This document shows, in pieces, positions 35,741-36,664 of a stretch of DNA of 36,664 nucleotides. The notes under the pieces were generated by a model. That model had not been told where the DNA came from, searched no databases, and saw nothing but the letters and a program-made list of their open reading frames with translations. Location of the stretch: NCBI GenBank assembly GCA_025359005.1, contig JANYHP010000425.1:1-36664 (forward strand), read 5' to 3'. The translations under genes were made by a program, and so were the position numbers. Each line of letters starts with the position of its first letter. The stretch's first letter is position 1. Source of the DNA: Hyphomicrobiaceae bacterium. GTDB taxonomy: Bacteria; Pseudomonadota; Alphaproteobacteria; Rhizobiales; Hyphomicrobiaceae.

Positions 35741-36589
35741 TTATGCCGCAGATGCGAAGTCGGGCACACCTGGCCAGAAAACGCGCCCGGCAACCGTGAC
35801 TTTCACGGGATCTCCGGTGGTCAGCAGCCGCGGTCCGGTCGCTCGCCCAGTGGGTGCGGCATAGTGGGGGCGTCGGCTCAAATAGTCCTCGAAGCTGTCA
35901 GCCACGATCTCAGGCTGCGACAAAAGACGCGTGAACGATGGCAGATGGCGACGGAACAGGTGCTCGACCAGCGGATAATGAGTACAGCCCAGGATAGCGC
36001 GATGCGGCGGCTGGCCACCAGTCTGGGCAAGCAGGCCGTCGACGCCCCGTTTGACCAGAGCCTCCAACTCGCTCTCGGGCCGCGCCGCCTCGATGGCGCC
36101 AGCCAGATCGGCGCAGATCTGCTGCACCACGGTTGCACGCGGACAACGCTTGCGGATCTCTTCCGGGTAAACGAACGACGTGATCGTTCGCGTCGTGCCG
36201 AAAACGGCAATGACGTCGGTGTTATATTTTTGCGGGTATTGCGGTGCGGAGACAGCCCATGGCGTCTGGGTCGCCGCTTCAACTGTCGGCGCCACGATAC
36301 CGAGCACGTTGCGCGCCTCCCAACCCGATTTCGGCAGCCAATCTTGCTGCAGCGTCCTGGCCGCAACGCAGGTAGCGGTATTGCAGCCGAGCAGCACCAA
36401 GCGCGCGCCTGCGCCAAACAACGTCTCGACGCCCGCCCTCGTCAGGTCGACTACTTCCTCCGAGGGGCGATTGCCATAAGGCGCGTTGGCATGATCACCG
36501 AGATACACAAATCCGATCCCGGGAAACCGGTCAGCAAGTGCCCGGTACACGGTGAGCCCGCCATGCCCTGAATCAAAAACCCCGATCAT
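35741..36589 (-). CDS. murI: Glutamate racemase
   Basis: IGVFDSGHGGLTV, the first catalytic Cys in LGCNTA and the second in LGCTHYP are present. I prefer the ATG at 36589. Confidence 0.9.
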   Translation of the reverse strand: MIGVFDSGHGGLTVYRALADRFPGIGFVYLGDHANAPYGNRPSEEVVDLTRAGVETLFGAGARLVLLGCNTATCVAARTLQQDWLPKSGWEARNVLGIVAPTVEAATQTPWAVSAPQYPQKYNTDVIAVFGTTRTITSFVYPEEIRKRCPRATVVQQICADLAGAIEAARPESELEALVKRGVDGLLAQTGGQPPHRAILGCTHYPLVEHLFRRHLPSFTRLLSQPEIVADSFEDYLSRRPHYAAPTGRATGPRLLTTGDPVKVTVAGRVFWPGVPDFASAA

Positions 36590-36664
36590 GCCCGCAGCGT
36601 TGCCATGCGTTCGCGGCAGGCGCAAGGCAACGGCACCCGGGCAAAATCAAATACGACGCAAAGC

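Noticed and set aside
1-36664. CRISPR arrays, transposases, integrases, phage genes or known defence-system hallmarks
   Set aside because: I noticed no regularly spaced direct repeats and no DDE, tyrosine or serine recombinase motifs. Apart from ParA, the ABC ATPase and RuvA/C, no nuclease, helicase or NTPase cassette was seen in any frame.

Overview
The window is high-GC (roughly 63-65% by eye) chromosomal DNA with the gene content of an alphaproteobacterium, probably Hyphomicrobiales/Bradyrhizobiaceae-like; that taxonomic placement is inference. Most of it is housekeeping: ruvC-ruvA, rluD, murI, a yfgM-like gene with bamB, a lytic murein transglycosylase, a NitT/TauT-type ABC importer, TRAP dctQM, ybdK, a GlcD/Dld-like FAD oxidase, an Ldh_2 dehydrogenase and two GNAT genes. 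I found no tRNA, rRNA, CRISPR array, transposase or integrase. The main item is a compact minus-strand locus at 14254-21152. It encodes a PilZ-domain/HlyD-type membrane-fusion protein (Alg44-like) whose stop overlaps the start of an Alg8-like mannuronan synthase. A ~550-nt lower-GC gap follows, then an AlgD-like GDP-mannose 6-dehydrogenase and a DUF4114/RTX type-I-secretion substrate. None of the Pseudomonas/Azotobacter periplasmic or outer-membrane alginate genes (algK/E/G/X/L/I/J/F) are in the window. This looks like a stripped-down, c-di-GMP-gated polyuronate synthase. Secondary items are: an orphan ParA/MinD-like ATPase with a small partner that has a basic N-terminus, flanked by strong palindromes; an exported protein made of three tandem ~110-aa repeats; a small gene pair with a papain/C39-like Cys...His signature; and three local synteny breaks (ruvCA without ruvB, bamB without der, rluD without rpoH). 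All family assignments come from reading motifs in the supplied translations. No database search was run.
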